From positions 12,720-76,719 of the forward strand of contig CAYTCO010000002.1 in assembly GCA_964436385.1 (NCBI GenBank): a stretch of DNA of 64,000 nt. The letters run 5' to 3'. How positions within the stretch are numbered: the first letter of the stretch is position 1; every line of letters begins with the position of its first letter. The translations under genes and the position numbers were made by a program. A model generated the notes under the pieces. It searched no databases. It saw nothing but the letters and a program-made list of their open reading frames with translations, and was not told the DNA's origin. Of this stretch, positions 1 to 8,359 are shown piece after piece. This stretch comes from an uncultured Gammaproteobacteria bacterium (GTDB lineage: Bacteria > Patescibacteriota > Microgenomatia > Levybacterales > GWA1-39-11).

Positions 1-44
1 CCCGCCAGATAATAAAAAATCTAGATTTGATTTGCAGCCTTCAA

Positions 45-1166
45 TCAAGACTCTTTCGCATTGTCCCGTATTCTGTAATACATATTTGATCTTGATTGGT
101 ATTCTCGTGTTCTACCATTTCCATCGTCAAATTTCCAAGAGTATTCATTGGCATTTAAATCCAAATCCTTTTCGGGAATAGCTTTAATGTATGGTTTTGG
201 TTTTCCATCTGTTCCGCTTTCTGGATTTGTAGTATCAAGCAAGTACCATTTTCCATCTATTTCGACCGCATTGTTAGCATGGGCTCCGGGCGTCCTCCCG
301 TCAAAAGAAGCATTTGATTTCATAAGCCTAGATGTAATTCCAAGACTCTGAAGAAGCACCTGTGTCACAAGTGCATGGTGCCGACATACAGCTAGTTTTT
401 GATCCGCAATATCGGAGAGCATTACCGTGCCATACATCACTGATTCGGCATTTTCAGAAACCCCGAAATTATAAGGCATTGAAGTGTAGACAAAATCCAT
501 TACTTCAGAAACAACATCACTTTCCCACTCATCTGTGTCTTTACCTTCAGTTTCTTGTATCGTAAGCACCTTTTTGAATAGTGGTTGAGCCTGCTTAAAA
601 AGCTCCTTCTTGTTAATCCTAATTCTTTCACGGCTTCTTAGCTCATTATCCGTATTTCCGTCGCCGCCCATATCAGATAACCCATCGGGGATATAAGCTG
701 GGACTGCTTGCCTTACTATATCGTCAGGAGGAAACGCCGCTCTATCAAGCTTTATATTCAAATCTAGGTATGTATCCGTGTAGCGGCTCGCACGTCTTTC
801 TCGTTCTCTGGGTGCTTCTTTTTCGTCTCCTAATATGGCCAAAAGGTTGTTGCGTCCGTTTTCTAACTTTGAGAATGGGTCAATGTGAAATTCAGCAACC
901 AACCCATCAAACTCATTATCTGACAGATGTGAATTGCGATGGAATCTTTTGTTTCCAAACACATCGTACTCAACTACTGGTGTTGTACCGTAAAGCATTC
1001 CCAATGCAAGAGCTTGCTCTTGAGGCGGGCGTTTTGTAGAACGAGGACTAGATCCATCCAATCCCTCAACGTTATCCATACATAATTTATAACAGAAAGT
1101 AATGTGTCTGATATAATTACCCTCAATGAATATTTCAGTTGGAATAGTCAGGACGCAACCCAACAT
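45..1166 (-). CDS. transglutaminase-like cysteine protease domain protein (hypothetical)
   Basis: 373-aa ORF. The C-terminal part has an ordered Cys/His/Asp context (AVCRHHA ... GAHANNAVEIDGKWYLLDTT) like transglutaminase-core proteases. AAGGA lies about 6 nt upstream of the ATG. Confidence 0.5.
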   Translation of the reverse strand: MLGCVLTIPTEIFIEGNYIRHITFCYKLCMDNVEGLDGSSPRSTKRPPQEQALALGMLYGTTPVVEYDVFGNKRFHRNSHLSDNEFDGLVAEFHIDPFSKLENGRNNLLAILGDEKEAPRERERRASRYTDTYLDLNIKLDRAAFPPDDIVRQAVPAYIPDGLSDMGGDGNTDNELRSRERIRINKKELFKQAQPLFKKVLTIQETEGKDTDEWESDVVSEVMDFVYTSMPYNFGVSENAESVMYGTVMLSDIADQKLAVCRHHALVTQVLLQSLGITSRLMKSNASFDGRTPGAHANNAVEIDGKWYLLDTTNPESGTDGKPKPYIKAIPEKDLDLNANEYSWKFDDGNGRTREYQSRSNMYYRIRDNAKES

Positions 1167-1368
1167 TCAATTCCTTTTCAATTAAAAATAAAACTACCAA
1201 CGCCACGAAAATTCAGAGAAATAATTGCATTAGATAGTAGGGGAAAAAGTGTAGCATATCTATGAGCCTGACTTAGGGACAGGTTGAGTTTCCAGACCAT
1301 TAGGTAATTCAAAAAAAGGATGTTACTATAAAATAGACTGACTTGGAAGGATTTCTGCATTAACCAAT

Positions 1369-2505
1369 ATGGACAGTTCAATTACTATTGCGGAAGAGAA
1401 AACGTCTATGGAGCAACAAAACCAAAGTCCCGTAAAAGCGAGCGGTAATCAAGAGATAGAATCTGCCTATAAATTTACCTGGAGAAAGCTAATTTTGCTT
1501 GCTGTTCCTTTTCCTTTATTTAATTTACTTTCAGGAGTATATAAATTTTATCTAGTATTTTTGATTAATCCTGAGCCAATCAGTTTTCAGAAAACTTTAG
1601 TTGAAGTATTCGTTTCCTTCTTAATATCTCTAGTTATAGCTTTACTGGTTATTTTTTTGACAAGTAAAATTTTAAAAAAAGTAGGTTTTGGTAAAAAGTT
1701 AATCAAATGGACTGTTATAGCACTCGTAATTTCAGTAGCAATCCACTTAGTTCCTGGAATGCGCTTGTTCTTGGCATACGCAAACTCAATTCTTTTTGTA
1801 TTTGCAATTGGAGTTTTCTTTACAGTTTTTATTGTCCCAATCGTTATATTAAGGAAGAAGATACTGCAAGGGAGTAAGGTTGTATACCTAATTCTAATAG
1901 CAGTTTATAGTATTTTTTCGTTTAGCATATTCATGAATTCTCAAAGCATGGAATCTAAAAAAGAAGAATTGAAGCAAGAAGCAAAAACGGATCAACAAAA
2001 AGAAAACAATGAATCACTCAAGTTAAAATATCCAAATATAGTACACATGAAGCCTTCATATATTCCTAAAGAAGTTCAGAATTTAAAAGCAGAAGGATAC
2101 GAGGAGTATTATTCTGGTCTAATTTATACAAGAACTTATTGGTGTTCCAAAACAACCATCTTTTATTCAAGAACCACATTGGCAAATATTGAGAATAAGA
2201 AGCAGTTTGAAGAACTCAGAAGGTTTGCTAGCAATGAACCTCTTCAACTGAGTTCGGGTGGCCGTTCGAGAATAGCCGATTTTGATAACACCAAAGCCGT
2301 ACTACACCTTATGCCGAATCCACAGGTTAATGAAAGCAGTCTAACACTATATTGGTATTCAGAAGATGAAAAATTTGAGCACTCGGTATCCGGCGCACTG
2401 GACTGTCTAGTAACAGGTATTAAATCGAAAGCGCAACAATATATGGATGAAGCGGTGCTTACACGGGCAATTTCTGAACTTAAAAAAGTGGCAAAATCAT
2501 ACTAG
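1369..2505 (+). CDS. hypothetical membrane protein
   Basis: 378-aa ORF. The N-terminal half has several long hydrophobic helices and the C-terminal half looks soluble. No family recognised. Confidence 0.5.
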   Translation: MDSSITIAEEKTSMEQQNQSPVKASGNQEIESAYKFTWRKLILLAVPFPLFNLLSGVYKFYLVFLINPEPISFQKTLVEVFVSFLISLVIALLVIFLTSKILKKVGFGKKLIKWTVIALVISVAIHLVPGMRLFLAYANSILFVFAIGVFFTVFIVPIVILRKKILQGSKVVYLILIAVYSIFSFSIFMNSQSMESKKEELKQEAKTDQQKENNESLKLKYPNIVHMKPSYIPKEVQNLKAEGYEEYYSGLIYTRTYWCSKTTIFYSRTTLANIENKKQFEELRRFASNEPLQLSSGGRSRIADFDNTKAVLHLMPNPQVNESSLTLYWYSEDEKFEHSVSGALDCLVTGIKSKAQQYMDEAVLTRAISELKKVAKSY

Positions 2506-2539
2506 GGAATTCTGGTACTATATTCACTTCTTGAGTCTT

Positions 2540-2569
2540 TTCGATAATTAGCCTCAAATGTGTTAAAAT
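2540..2569 (+). promoter_or_regulatory. putative promoter of the ychF 5' stub (TTCGAT-18 nt-TAAAAT with TGT extended -10)
   Basis: TTCGAT at 2540-2545 and TGTTAAAAT at 2561-2569, 7 nt upstream of the stub ATG at 2577. Confidence 0.35.
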
Positions 2570-2576
2570 ATTAAAT

Positions 2577-2669
2577 ATGAATTTAAGTGTTGGTATTGTT
2601 GGGTTGCCGAATGTAGGAAAGTCTACATTGTTCAATGCTTTACTCAAAAAGCAGGCGGCTTTGGCTTAG
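2577..2669 (+). pseudogene. ychF: 5' remnant of a second ychF allele (30 codons then TAG)
   Basis: It translates to MNLSVGIVGLPNVGKSTLFNALLKKQAALA, identical to residues 1-30 of the intact YchF at 6938. There are 18 differences in 90 nt and all are synonymous. Similarity ends at 2667. Confidence 0.85.
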
Positions 2670-2710
2670 ATACGATATTTGTTCTTGACACGTGATGGTA
2701 TCATATAGTT

Positions 2711-3718
2711 ATGCGAAAGGAGGGTGGTTTTGATTCGGTGGCACTCGGAGAGTCTTTTCGGGAAAGGATAATTCGTCCTGAATCAAGAGAAATTTTCATA
2801 TCAAAAATTCCGCAAGAAGAGCTGGTTGATAGTACTCATGCATACATTAACTGTGACGGATTCGGAATAGTGAGGCGGGCCGTTACGCAAAGACCTGACT
2901 GGCCAGATATTGATATACTTCCGGAATTAGTTCCTGCAAAGCTAGGAATATCGGAAGAGGATGCATCACTTACGCAAATATTCAGAGTTGGAGCCTGTAA
3001 TTTTAGATGTTGGTATTGTTTTGTCGACTTTAGATATTTAAAGGCTGACTCTTCACGGGGTGATTTTAAGTCTCCAAGTGATTTAATAGATTTATATGAA
3101 CAAGAAGAGGTCCAAGCTCCTACATTTTACCTGACGGGTGGTCAACCTGATCTTGTGCCAGAATGGACGCTTTGGATGATGGATGAACTTGAAAAAAGAG
3201 GCATGGATAAGACTCATTTTTTATGGCAGGATGATAATCTAAGTTCGCTCTTTCTCTTTGAGAAGTTAACCCCTGAGCAACTCGATCGAATTGCGAAATA
3301 CCCCAATTATGCCCGAGCCACATGCATAAAGGGAATAAGCCCTCAGTCTTTTTCAAGAAATACGGGTGCAGCACCGGAATATTTCGATCTGCAAATAGAA
3401 GCATTGCGAAGGTTGGTGGAAGCAGGTATAGATACCTATACTTATATTACCTTGCTTGGAGAATCGGTCGCGGAAGCTAGAGAAGCGATTCCCTCTCTGA
3501 TGGATAAAATTCAAGAGGAGGTCCATCCAAATATGCTTCTTCGGGTATTTCCCTCGAAGGTAATTGATTTTCCTCAGACCGTACAAAGGGAAAAAGAGTA
3601 TCACATTCAGTTGATGGACAATCAGCAAGCAATGAGGGATATTTGGACAGAAGAGTTGGGAAAAAGATATACTCAGGAGTTATTAAGTCTACCAAAATCA
3701 GAAGTACCACTCACTTAG
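2711..3718 (+). CDS. radical SAM enzyme, subfamily unresolved
   Basis: 335-aa ORF with CNFRCWYC (CxxxCxxC) about 96 aa from the N-terminus, followed by YLTGGQPDL (a GGE-like SAM motif). There is no C-terminal Cys cluster, so no SPASM domain. TTGACA sits at 2685-2690. The exact start is uncertain: AAGGAGGG lies just inside the ORF. Confidence 0.8.
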   Translation: MRKEGGFDSVALGESFRERIIRPESREIFISKIPQEELVDSTHAYINCDGFGIVRRAVTQRPDWPDIDILPELVPAKLGISEEDASLTQIFRVGACNFRCWYCFVDFRYLKADSSRGDFKSPSDLIDLYEQEEVQAPTFYLTGGQPDLVPEWTLWMMDELEKRGMDKTHFLWQDDNLSSLFLFEKLTPEQLDRIAKYPNYARATCIKGISPQSFSRNTGAAPEYFDLQIEALRRLVEAGIDTYTYITLLGESVAEAREAIPSLMDKIQEEVHPNMLLRVFPSKVIDFPQTVQREKEYHIQLMDNQQAMRDIWTEELGKRYTQELLSLPKSEVPLT

Positions 3719-3724
3719 GAAAAT

Positions 3725-4354
3725 ATGCAAATTGAGCGGATACGACCAGTCGAAAATGCTTCTGATAAAAATAGGATTATTACCGTTACGGGAATATCAG
3801 GTGCGGGAAAGGACTATCTAGTTAAAAAGGCAAGCGAGCTCGAACCCGAATTACTAGGTGGCAAAATAGCAATTTTCAATTTTGGATCTGAGTTACTTGC
3901 AAGCATCCGCCAATCACTTGCTGATGCAGATTCCATTACACAAGATGCGTTAAAAGATATGCAGCTTGACGACCTAGATGCATATATTCAGCGAACGCTT
4001 GATAGACTTATAGGTTTTCAACCCAGTCTTCAGATGACTCATGTCGTTTTCAAGCAACGAGGTTCATATGTTATGAACCCTCAAAGCGAATTGCGTACAA
4101 AGGCACTCGAGTATTTGTTTATAGAGTCGGATCCGGATCAAATTAGCCAGTGGAGAATTGAAAATCAGGATAAAAGAAAAAGGGAGATAGAGCTTATGGA
4201 TGACATAAATCTACATCAAACAATTGCTAGATTGGGAACATACGCAATGGCAACAAGATTGGGTGCGGGGATGGTTATTGTGAAAAATGATCCCTCATTT
4301 ACTGATTCCATTGCTTGTGAAATGGTACAGGAATGCCGCGATTTATTATTATGA
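3725..4354 (+). CDS. P-loop nucleoside-monophosphate kinase, archaeal adenylate-kinase (AdkA)-like
   Basis: 209-aa ORF with Walker A GISGAGKD near the N-terminus. The C-terminal layout (LFIESDPDQISQWRIENQDKRKRE ... INLHQ ... VIVKND) resembles archaeal AdkA-type kinases. It starts 6 nt after the radical SAM stop codon. Confidence 0.6.
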   Translation: MQIERIRPVENASDKNRIITVTGISGAGKDYLVKKASELEPELLGGKIAIFNFGSELLASIRQSLADADSITQDALKDMQLDDLDAYIQRTLDRLIGFQPSLQMTHVVFKQRGSYVMNPQSELRTKALEYLFIESDPDQISQWRIENQDKRKREIELMDDINLHQTIARLGTYAMATRLGAGMVIVKNDPSFTDSIACEMVQECRDLLL

Positions 4355-4912
4355 AAATTGATATTCTTTTTTGAGATATTCCAGAAGTTTTTCGTAGTGA
4401 TCTTTATTTCTTTTATATATCTTCAGGTCAAGCATTTCTGCGATGGTTAGTTTTTCGTTCTCAGGTAAGAAAATCTTATCGGCATACCATCCGTCTTTTC
4501 CTTTGGCAGTGTAGGCAATAGATCCTCTTGGGAATGTACTAAATGAAACTGGTTTTGACCCTGGTACGCAGAATGCAACACAATATTCCCAATGTGCTTC
4601 TCGGTTACCTACTCCAGACATAAGATTAAGAAAGCCATCAGTTTCTATCCATTTTTCAATATGAGATAAATATGGTCCCGGAAATCCATGGAGAGCATCG
4701 ATGTAAAGTCCAACATCTTCACATATAACAGGTTTATTGAATGTTTGAGATGCCCATTTTGCTGAAAATTCTGCTACATCTGAATTATTGGTAGACTGTA
4801 TCTCTGGAGTTGTTTCATTGAGCTGAATAAAATTAAACTGAGTCGTCGATAGAGATTCCGAAAACTTTCTGAACTTATAGTTATTGCTAGTTACAAAATA
4901 TATGTCAGTCAT
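4349..4912 (-). CDS. non-canonical NTP pyrophosphatase, HAM1/ITPase family
   Basis: 187-aa ORF. The motifs FVTSNNYKFRKF, TPEIQ, CEDVGLYIDALHGFPGPYL and TIAEM match the ITPA/RdgB pattern. It converges on the kinase gene with a 6-nt overlap. Confidence 0.8.
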   Translation of the reverse strand: MTDIYFVTSNNYKFRKFSESLSTTQFNFIQLNETTPEIQSTNNSDVAEFSAKWASQTFNKPVICEDVGLYIDALHGFPGPYLSHIEKWIETDGFLNLMSGVGNREAHWEYCVAFCVPGSKPVSFSTFPRGSIAYTAKGKDGWYADKIFLPENEKLTIAEMLDLKIYKRNKDHYEKLLEYLKKEYQFS

Positions 4913-4939
4913 GCGAAGAGATTCGATAATTATCTGTTG

Positions 4940-4968
4940 ATTATATATGTGATAGGTTAGGAATTCAA
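4940..4968 (-). promoter_or_regulatory. sigma70-type promoter for the HAM1-like gene (TTGAAT-17-TATAAT)
   Basis: On the minus strand, TTGAAT (4963-4968), a 17-nt spacer and TATAAT (4940-4945) lie about 27 nt upstream of the start at 4912. Confidence 0.55.
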
Positions 4969-4980
4969 ATAATGGTACAT

Positions 4981-5009
4981 TTGACGGCTTAACATTTCTA
5001 TCCTATAAT
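4981..5009 (+). promoter_or_regulatory. near-consensus sigma70-type promoter for the 605-aa ORF (TTGACG-17-TATAAT)
   Basis: TTGACG at 4981-4986, a 17-nt spacer and TATAAT at 5004-5009. Only 11 nt separate the -10 box from the ATG at 5021, so the leader would be very short or absent. Confidence 0.6.
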
Positions 5010-5020
5010 ACCCAAATATT

Positions 5021-6838
5021 ATGAATTCATCAGAAGCTTTAATTAGCAGTCAAGTTGGTGCTGCCTACTTTTCGCTTGATCCTTACATGAAAAGAAGCTT
5101 TCAGCAGAGAATGAATATTGGTATTACATCTTGCGAATCGGAAAGTGGAGCAACACCTGAAATGTTAGCGGGTGCCCGAGATTTGGGCTTTAAAGAGCTC
5201 TCATTAGATTTGTTATTCGGTGCTATCAATTACAAATTGGCTCAGAATGGTATAGAACTACGTGCAGGAAATAATTATAAAAAAGAAAGAGGGCAGATTG
5301 TATCGAATATACTTGATGATATTCAAATTGAGAAAGGTCCTGATAGTTTTCGGATAGCCTTTCGTAGCGATGAGGATAAAGATACGAGCGAGAAAGGAAA
5401 ATCTCAGTTTGATGGAGAAGTAGCTGAAATAACTCGATTGATGAATGATAGGGCAATATATGGAAGGGTGCTTGGATTTGTAAAGAAATATTTGGCAGAA
5501 AATGTCGGCATTGTTGTGTCCCAGTCTGCTCCAGAACAATTGGTCGAAAACGGTTTAGGAATAGTTATATGTGACAAGGAAACAGAAGTAAAGCCTGACA
5601 TTAGAAGAAAAGCAAGCAAAGTATTCTTAGGTGGAAATAGGACAAGTGCAAAGTTTGCTTTGTTAAGAGAGATAGTATTTACCGAGGCAATTTTGGAGCA
5701 ACAGAAAGCATTAAAAAGGAGTATCGAAAATAGAAAAATAAATCTTGAACCGAAGTTTAAACTATCAGATTGGCCAAGAGACCCATTAATGACTTATATT
5801 AGGGAGTGTGTTGCACGGCAGACTGGTGATTTTCTTGGAAAAACAGAGATGTTATGTGATCCCCAAGATTTAAAGTATCAGGTGCTTTTTAGACTGACTA
5901 CATTTCCTGTTAAATCGCTTTTTCACGCGGGTCAGGAACTGGAGCAATATTTACAAGCAAATGGAAATTATCATGATTGGCGTAATATATTAAAAACTGA
6001 TCCCGATATTGTGAGAAGTTATTCCATGAATGATGACCTTGTTGAATTTGTAATTTCTGAACAGGCTGCAGTTATCCAAGAGAGAATGGAGAGAAGTCCA
6101 CTACCTCTTGAAAGCATTCTTACGCCTCGGGGCATTTTTGCTGAACCGGGTTGGGTAATTCAGAGGAAAAATGGTACCGTGAGGGCTGTAAAAGAGGAGG
6201 GGATTACGTCAGTTAGCGACAGTGTAGGTTTGCGTTTTGAGGAAATCGATCCTGCACTGGCTGCTCAAATTCATAACGACTTACACTATATACATACCCC
6301 AAGGGCTGATATCTCATTTGGTTTGTTTGTCGAAGGAGAAGAGCTTCCATTCTCAGCCCTTGCTTTTGAGAAAATAGACAGAGATTATAAGGCAAACACA
6401 TTAATACTTAATGGATACGATCCTCGCAAATGTTACGACCTTACACGACTTTATAGTAGGCCGGGCACACCAGGTAATACGAGTAGTAGCATGTTTTCTC
6501 TTGCATTTGGGTATCTGAAATCTAATTATCCAGAAATTCAGGCAGTTATGTCTTCATTTATGCCTAGTTATGCAACTGGTATATCAATGACTTCAGGGGG
6601 TTTTGATAATCCTGTTCTTATCAAGCCGCTAAAACATGTTTTTCTTCCAAAAGACTTGGGAAAAGTTAAAGCATTCGAACATTTAACAAAAAGGAGAATG
6701 GTCAGCAACGTGGCCAATTCTCTGGTTAGTCAAGTTCCCCTCCTTCCAACAGCAGAGTTGCTGTGCTCATTACATGGTCCAGCATTCTCTCCCGCGGAAG
6801 AAGTAAATAAATTTATGATTGAGGTGGTAAACCCATAA
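5021..6838 (+). CDS. hypothetical 605-aa protein; C-terminal third GNAT-like (tentative)
   Basis: Long uninterrupted ORF behind a strong promoter. The C-terminal segment (YDLTRLYSRPGTPGNTSSSMFSLAFGYLK ... ATGISMTSGGFD) resembles the beta4-alpha3-beta5 core of a GNAT fold. No family is recognised for the N-terminal 400 aa. Confidence 0.55.
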   Translation: MNSSEALISSQVGAAYFSLDPYMKRSFQQRMNIGITSCESESGATPEMLAGARDLGFKELSLDLLFGAINYKLAQNGIELRAGNNYKKERGQIVSNILDDIQIEKGPDSFRIAFRSDEDKDTSEKGKSQFDGEVAEITRLMNDRAIYGRVLGFVKKYLAENVGIVVSQSAPEQLVENGLGIVICDKETEVKPDIRRKASKVFLGGNRTSAKFALLREIVFTEAILEQQKALKRSIENRKINLEPKFKLSDWPRDPLMTYIRECVARQTGDFLGKTEMLCDPQDLKYQVLFRLTTFPVKSLFHAGQELEQYLQANGNYHDWRNILKTDPDIVRSYSMNDDLVEFVISEQAAVIQERMERSPLPLESILTPRGIFAEPGWVIQRKNGTVRAVKEEGITSVSDSVGLRFEEIDPALAAQIHNDLHYIHTPRADISFGLFVEGEELPFSALAFEKIDRDYKANTLILNGYDPRKCYDLTRLYSRPGTPGNTSSSMFSLAFGYLKSNYPEIQAVMSSFMPSYATGISMTSGGFDNPVLIKPLKHVFLPKDLGKVKAFEHLTKRRMVSNVANSLVSQVPLLPTAELLCSLHGPAFSPAEEVNKFMIEVVNP

Positions 6839-6874
6839 TGATTCAAGCTTAGTGAACTAAAATCATATTAGTTT

Positions 6875-6883
6875 TGTTATAAT
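6875..6883 (+). promoter_or_regulatory. extended -10 element (TGTTATAAT) upstream of intact ychF
   Basis: TGTTATAAT lies 54 nt upstream of the ATG at 6938. No good -35 element. Confidence 0.35.
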
Positions 6884-6899
6884 TACCTTCATGAATCTA

Positions 6900-6919
6900 T
6901 CCTGCGGCGTTGCGCAGGA
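6900..6919 (+). other. GC-rich 7-bp hairpin in the ychF leader
   Basis: TCCTGCG-GCGTTG-CGCAGGA: a perfect 7-bp stem with a 6-nt loop. No U-tract follows. Confidence 0.4.
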
Positions 6920-6937
6920 CTGCATTCAAAATAAACT

Positions 6938-8044
6938 ATGAATTTGTCTGTCGGGATAGTTGGGTTGCCAAATGTTGGCAAGTCCACTTTGTTTAATGCT
7001 TTGCTTAAAAAGCAGGCAGCACTTGCTGCAAATTATCCTTTTGCAACTATTGAGCCAAATGTTGGGATCGTTGCAGTTCCTGATGACAGACTTGCGGTTC
7101 TTGCAAACATCACAAAAGAAGAAGAGGGGATGACTGACCTTCCACCAATAAAGCCCGCAATGGTTGAATTCGTTGATATTGCAGGTCTTGTTAAGGGAGC
7201 CTCTGAAGGAGAGGGCCTTGGAAATAAATTTTTATCCCACATAAGAGAGGTAAAAGTAATAGCTCATGTTGTGAGGGTTTTTGAAGACGGAGATGTAATA
7301 AGAGAAGGAAGTGTGTCACCTCTTGATGACTACTTGACGATTCAAACCGAGCTTATCCTCTCCGATTTACAAACAATAGAAAATAGCAAAAAGAAAAAAG
7401 AAAAAAGCAAAGAAGAGCTTCTTGAAAGGATCGATAAAATGTTGAATGAAGGAATTCCTGCAAGAAAAATGGAATTTTCTGAAGAAGAGCTGGAGTTTGT
7501 TGACACCCTCTCTTTATTGAGTCGAAAGCCAGAAATAATAGTTTTGAATGTTTCCGAAAATGATTATTCAGAGTCAAAGTTTGAATCTATTATTAAAGAA
7601 TATTCTTCTCATCTCGTAAATAACCAATCACCAGCCACCAGTCATCAATTCGTTGTCGTTTCTGCAAAGATAGAGTCAGAGCTTGCTTCACTTGGCGAGG
7701 AAGACGCAAAGCATTATCTTTTAGAGTTAGGCGTTGAGAAGTCAGGTCTTGAAAGACTTATCCAAAAGGCTTATGAGAAATTGGGCCTCATGTCATTTTT
7801 AACATGCGGTGAAAAAGAGGTCAGGGCATGGACAGTAAAAATTGGCGCAACAGCCGTTGAGGCTGCTGGAGAGATACACACGGATTTTATGGCGAAATTT
7901 ATAAAAGCGGAAGTAGTTTCGTATGCTGATTTTGTTGGGCTGATTGGATGGAAGGGTGCAAGAGAAAAGGGTAAAGCCGGGCTTCAAGGAAAAGAATACA
8001 TAATGCACGACGGCGACGTAGTCGAATTTAAGATTGGTAGATAA
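6938..8044 (+). CDS. ychF: ribosome-binding ATPase YchF
   Basis: 368 aa. G1 motif GLPNVGKST, the typical YchF N-terminus and the TGS-like C-terminal end (MHDGDVVEFKIGR). Confidence 0.95.
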   Translation: MNLSVGIVGLPNVGKSTLFNALLKKQAALAANYPFATIEPNVGIVAVPDDRLAVLANITKEEEGMTDLPPIKPAMVEFVDIAGLVKGASEGEGLGNKFLSHIREVKVIAHVVRVFEDGDVIREGSVSPLDDYLTIQTELILSDLQTIENSKKKKEKSKEELLERIDKMLNEGIPARKMEFSEEELEFVDTLSLLSRKPEIIVLNVSENDYSESKFESIIKEYSSHLVNNQSPATSHQFVVVSAKIESELASLGEEDAKHYLLELGVEKSGLERLIQKAYEKLGLMSFLTCGEKEVRAWTVKIGATAVEAAGEIHTDFMAKFIKAEVVSYADFVGLIGWKGAREKGKAGLQGKEYIMHDGDVVEFKIGR

Positions 8045-8082
8045 TTTGTATATCTTCTACGCTTTGCGAAGTTTGGCAAACC

Positions 8083-8109
8083 GTTGTCGAATTTAAGATC
8101 GGGCGTTAG
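8083..8109 (+). pseudogene. ychF: 3' remnant of a second ychF allele (VVEFKIGR-stop)
   Basis: GTT GTC GAA TTT AAG ATC GGG CGT TAG encodes the same last 8 residues as the intact ychF (8018-8044). All five codon differences are silent. Confidence 0.6.
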
Positions 8110-8252
8110 TTATCGCTTTCCCCGTTGTGTTCAGGGTGCTTGCGATTATGTCTTGTGGCAACTTCATAAATCCCGACGCCTGCTGCGACAACTCCTACTG
8201 CTGCTACCTCAGCTATTGAGTGTAGGTTTTTGGAGTTAAAGACAGCTTCCAT
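8106..8252 (-). CDS. possible small membrane protein (48 aa)
   Basis: ATG-to-TAA ORF not in the supplied track: MEAVFNSKNLHSIAEVAAVGVVAAGVGIYEVATRHNRKHPEHNGESDN, with one hydrophobic helix. No clear RBS. Confidence 0.3.
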   Translation of the reverse strand: MEAVFNSKNLHSIAEVAAVGVVAAGVGIYEVATRHNRKHPEHNGESDN

Positions 8253-8359
8253 GGTTCTTGCAAAATTTCCCTTTGTGCTGCCTACTTCTGAGAATGCATG
8301 AACACCTTTGACTCATAACGCCTGATTCTAACAGAGGGTGGCCTTAAGTTCAAGGTTTT

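Noticed and set aside
148-1039. Plus-strand ORFs of 67-89 aa (148-351, 362-565, 770-1039) in the supplied track
   Set aside because: They lie entirely antisense to the 373-aa transglutaminase-like ORF, have odd composition and no start context, so they are shadow ORFs.
2577-2669. The 30-codon ORF as an independent small gene
   Set aside because: It is identical at the protein level to the YchF N-terminus, including half of the P-loop, and ends where homology ends. It is a gene fragment, not a functional mini-protein.
3120-3710. Minus-strand ORFs (3120-3404, 3353-3628, 3477-3710)
   Set aside because: They are antisense to the radical SAM gene, whose motifs support the plus frame.
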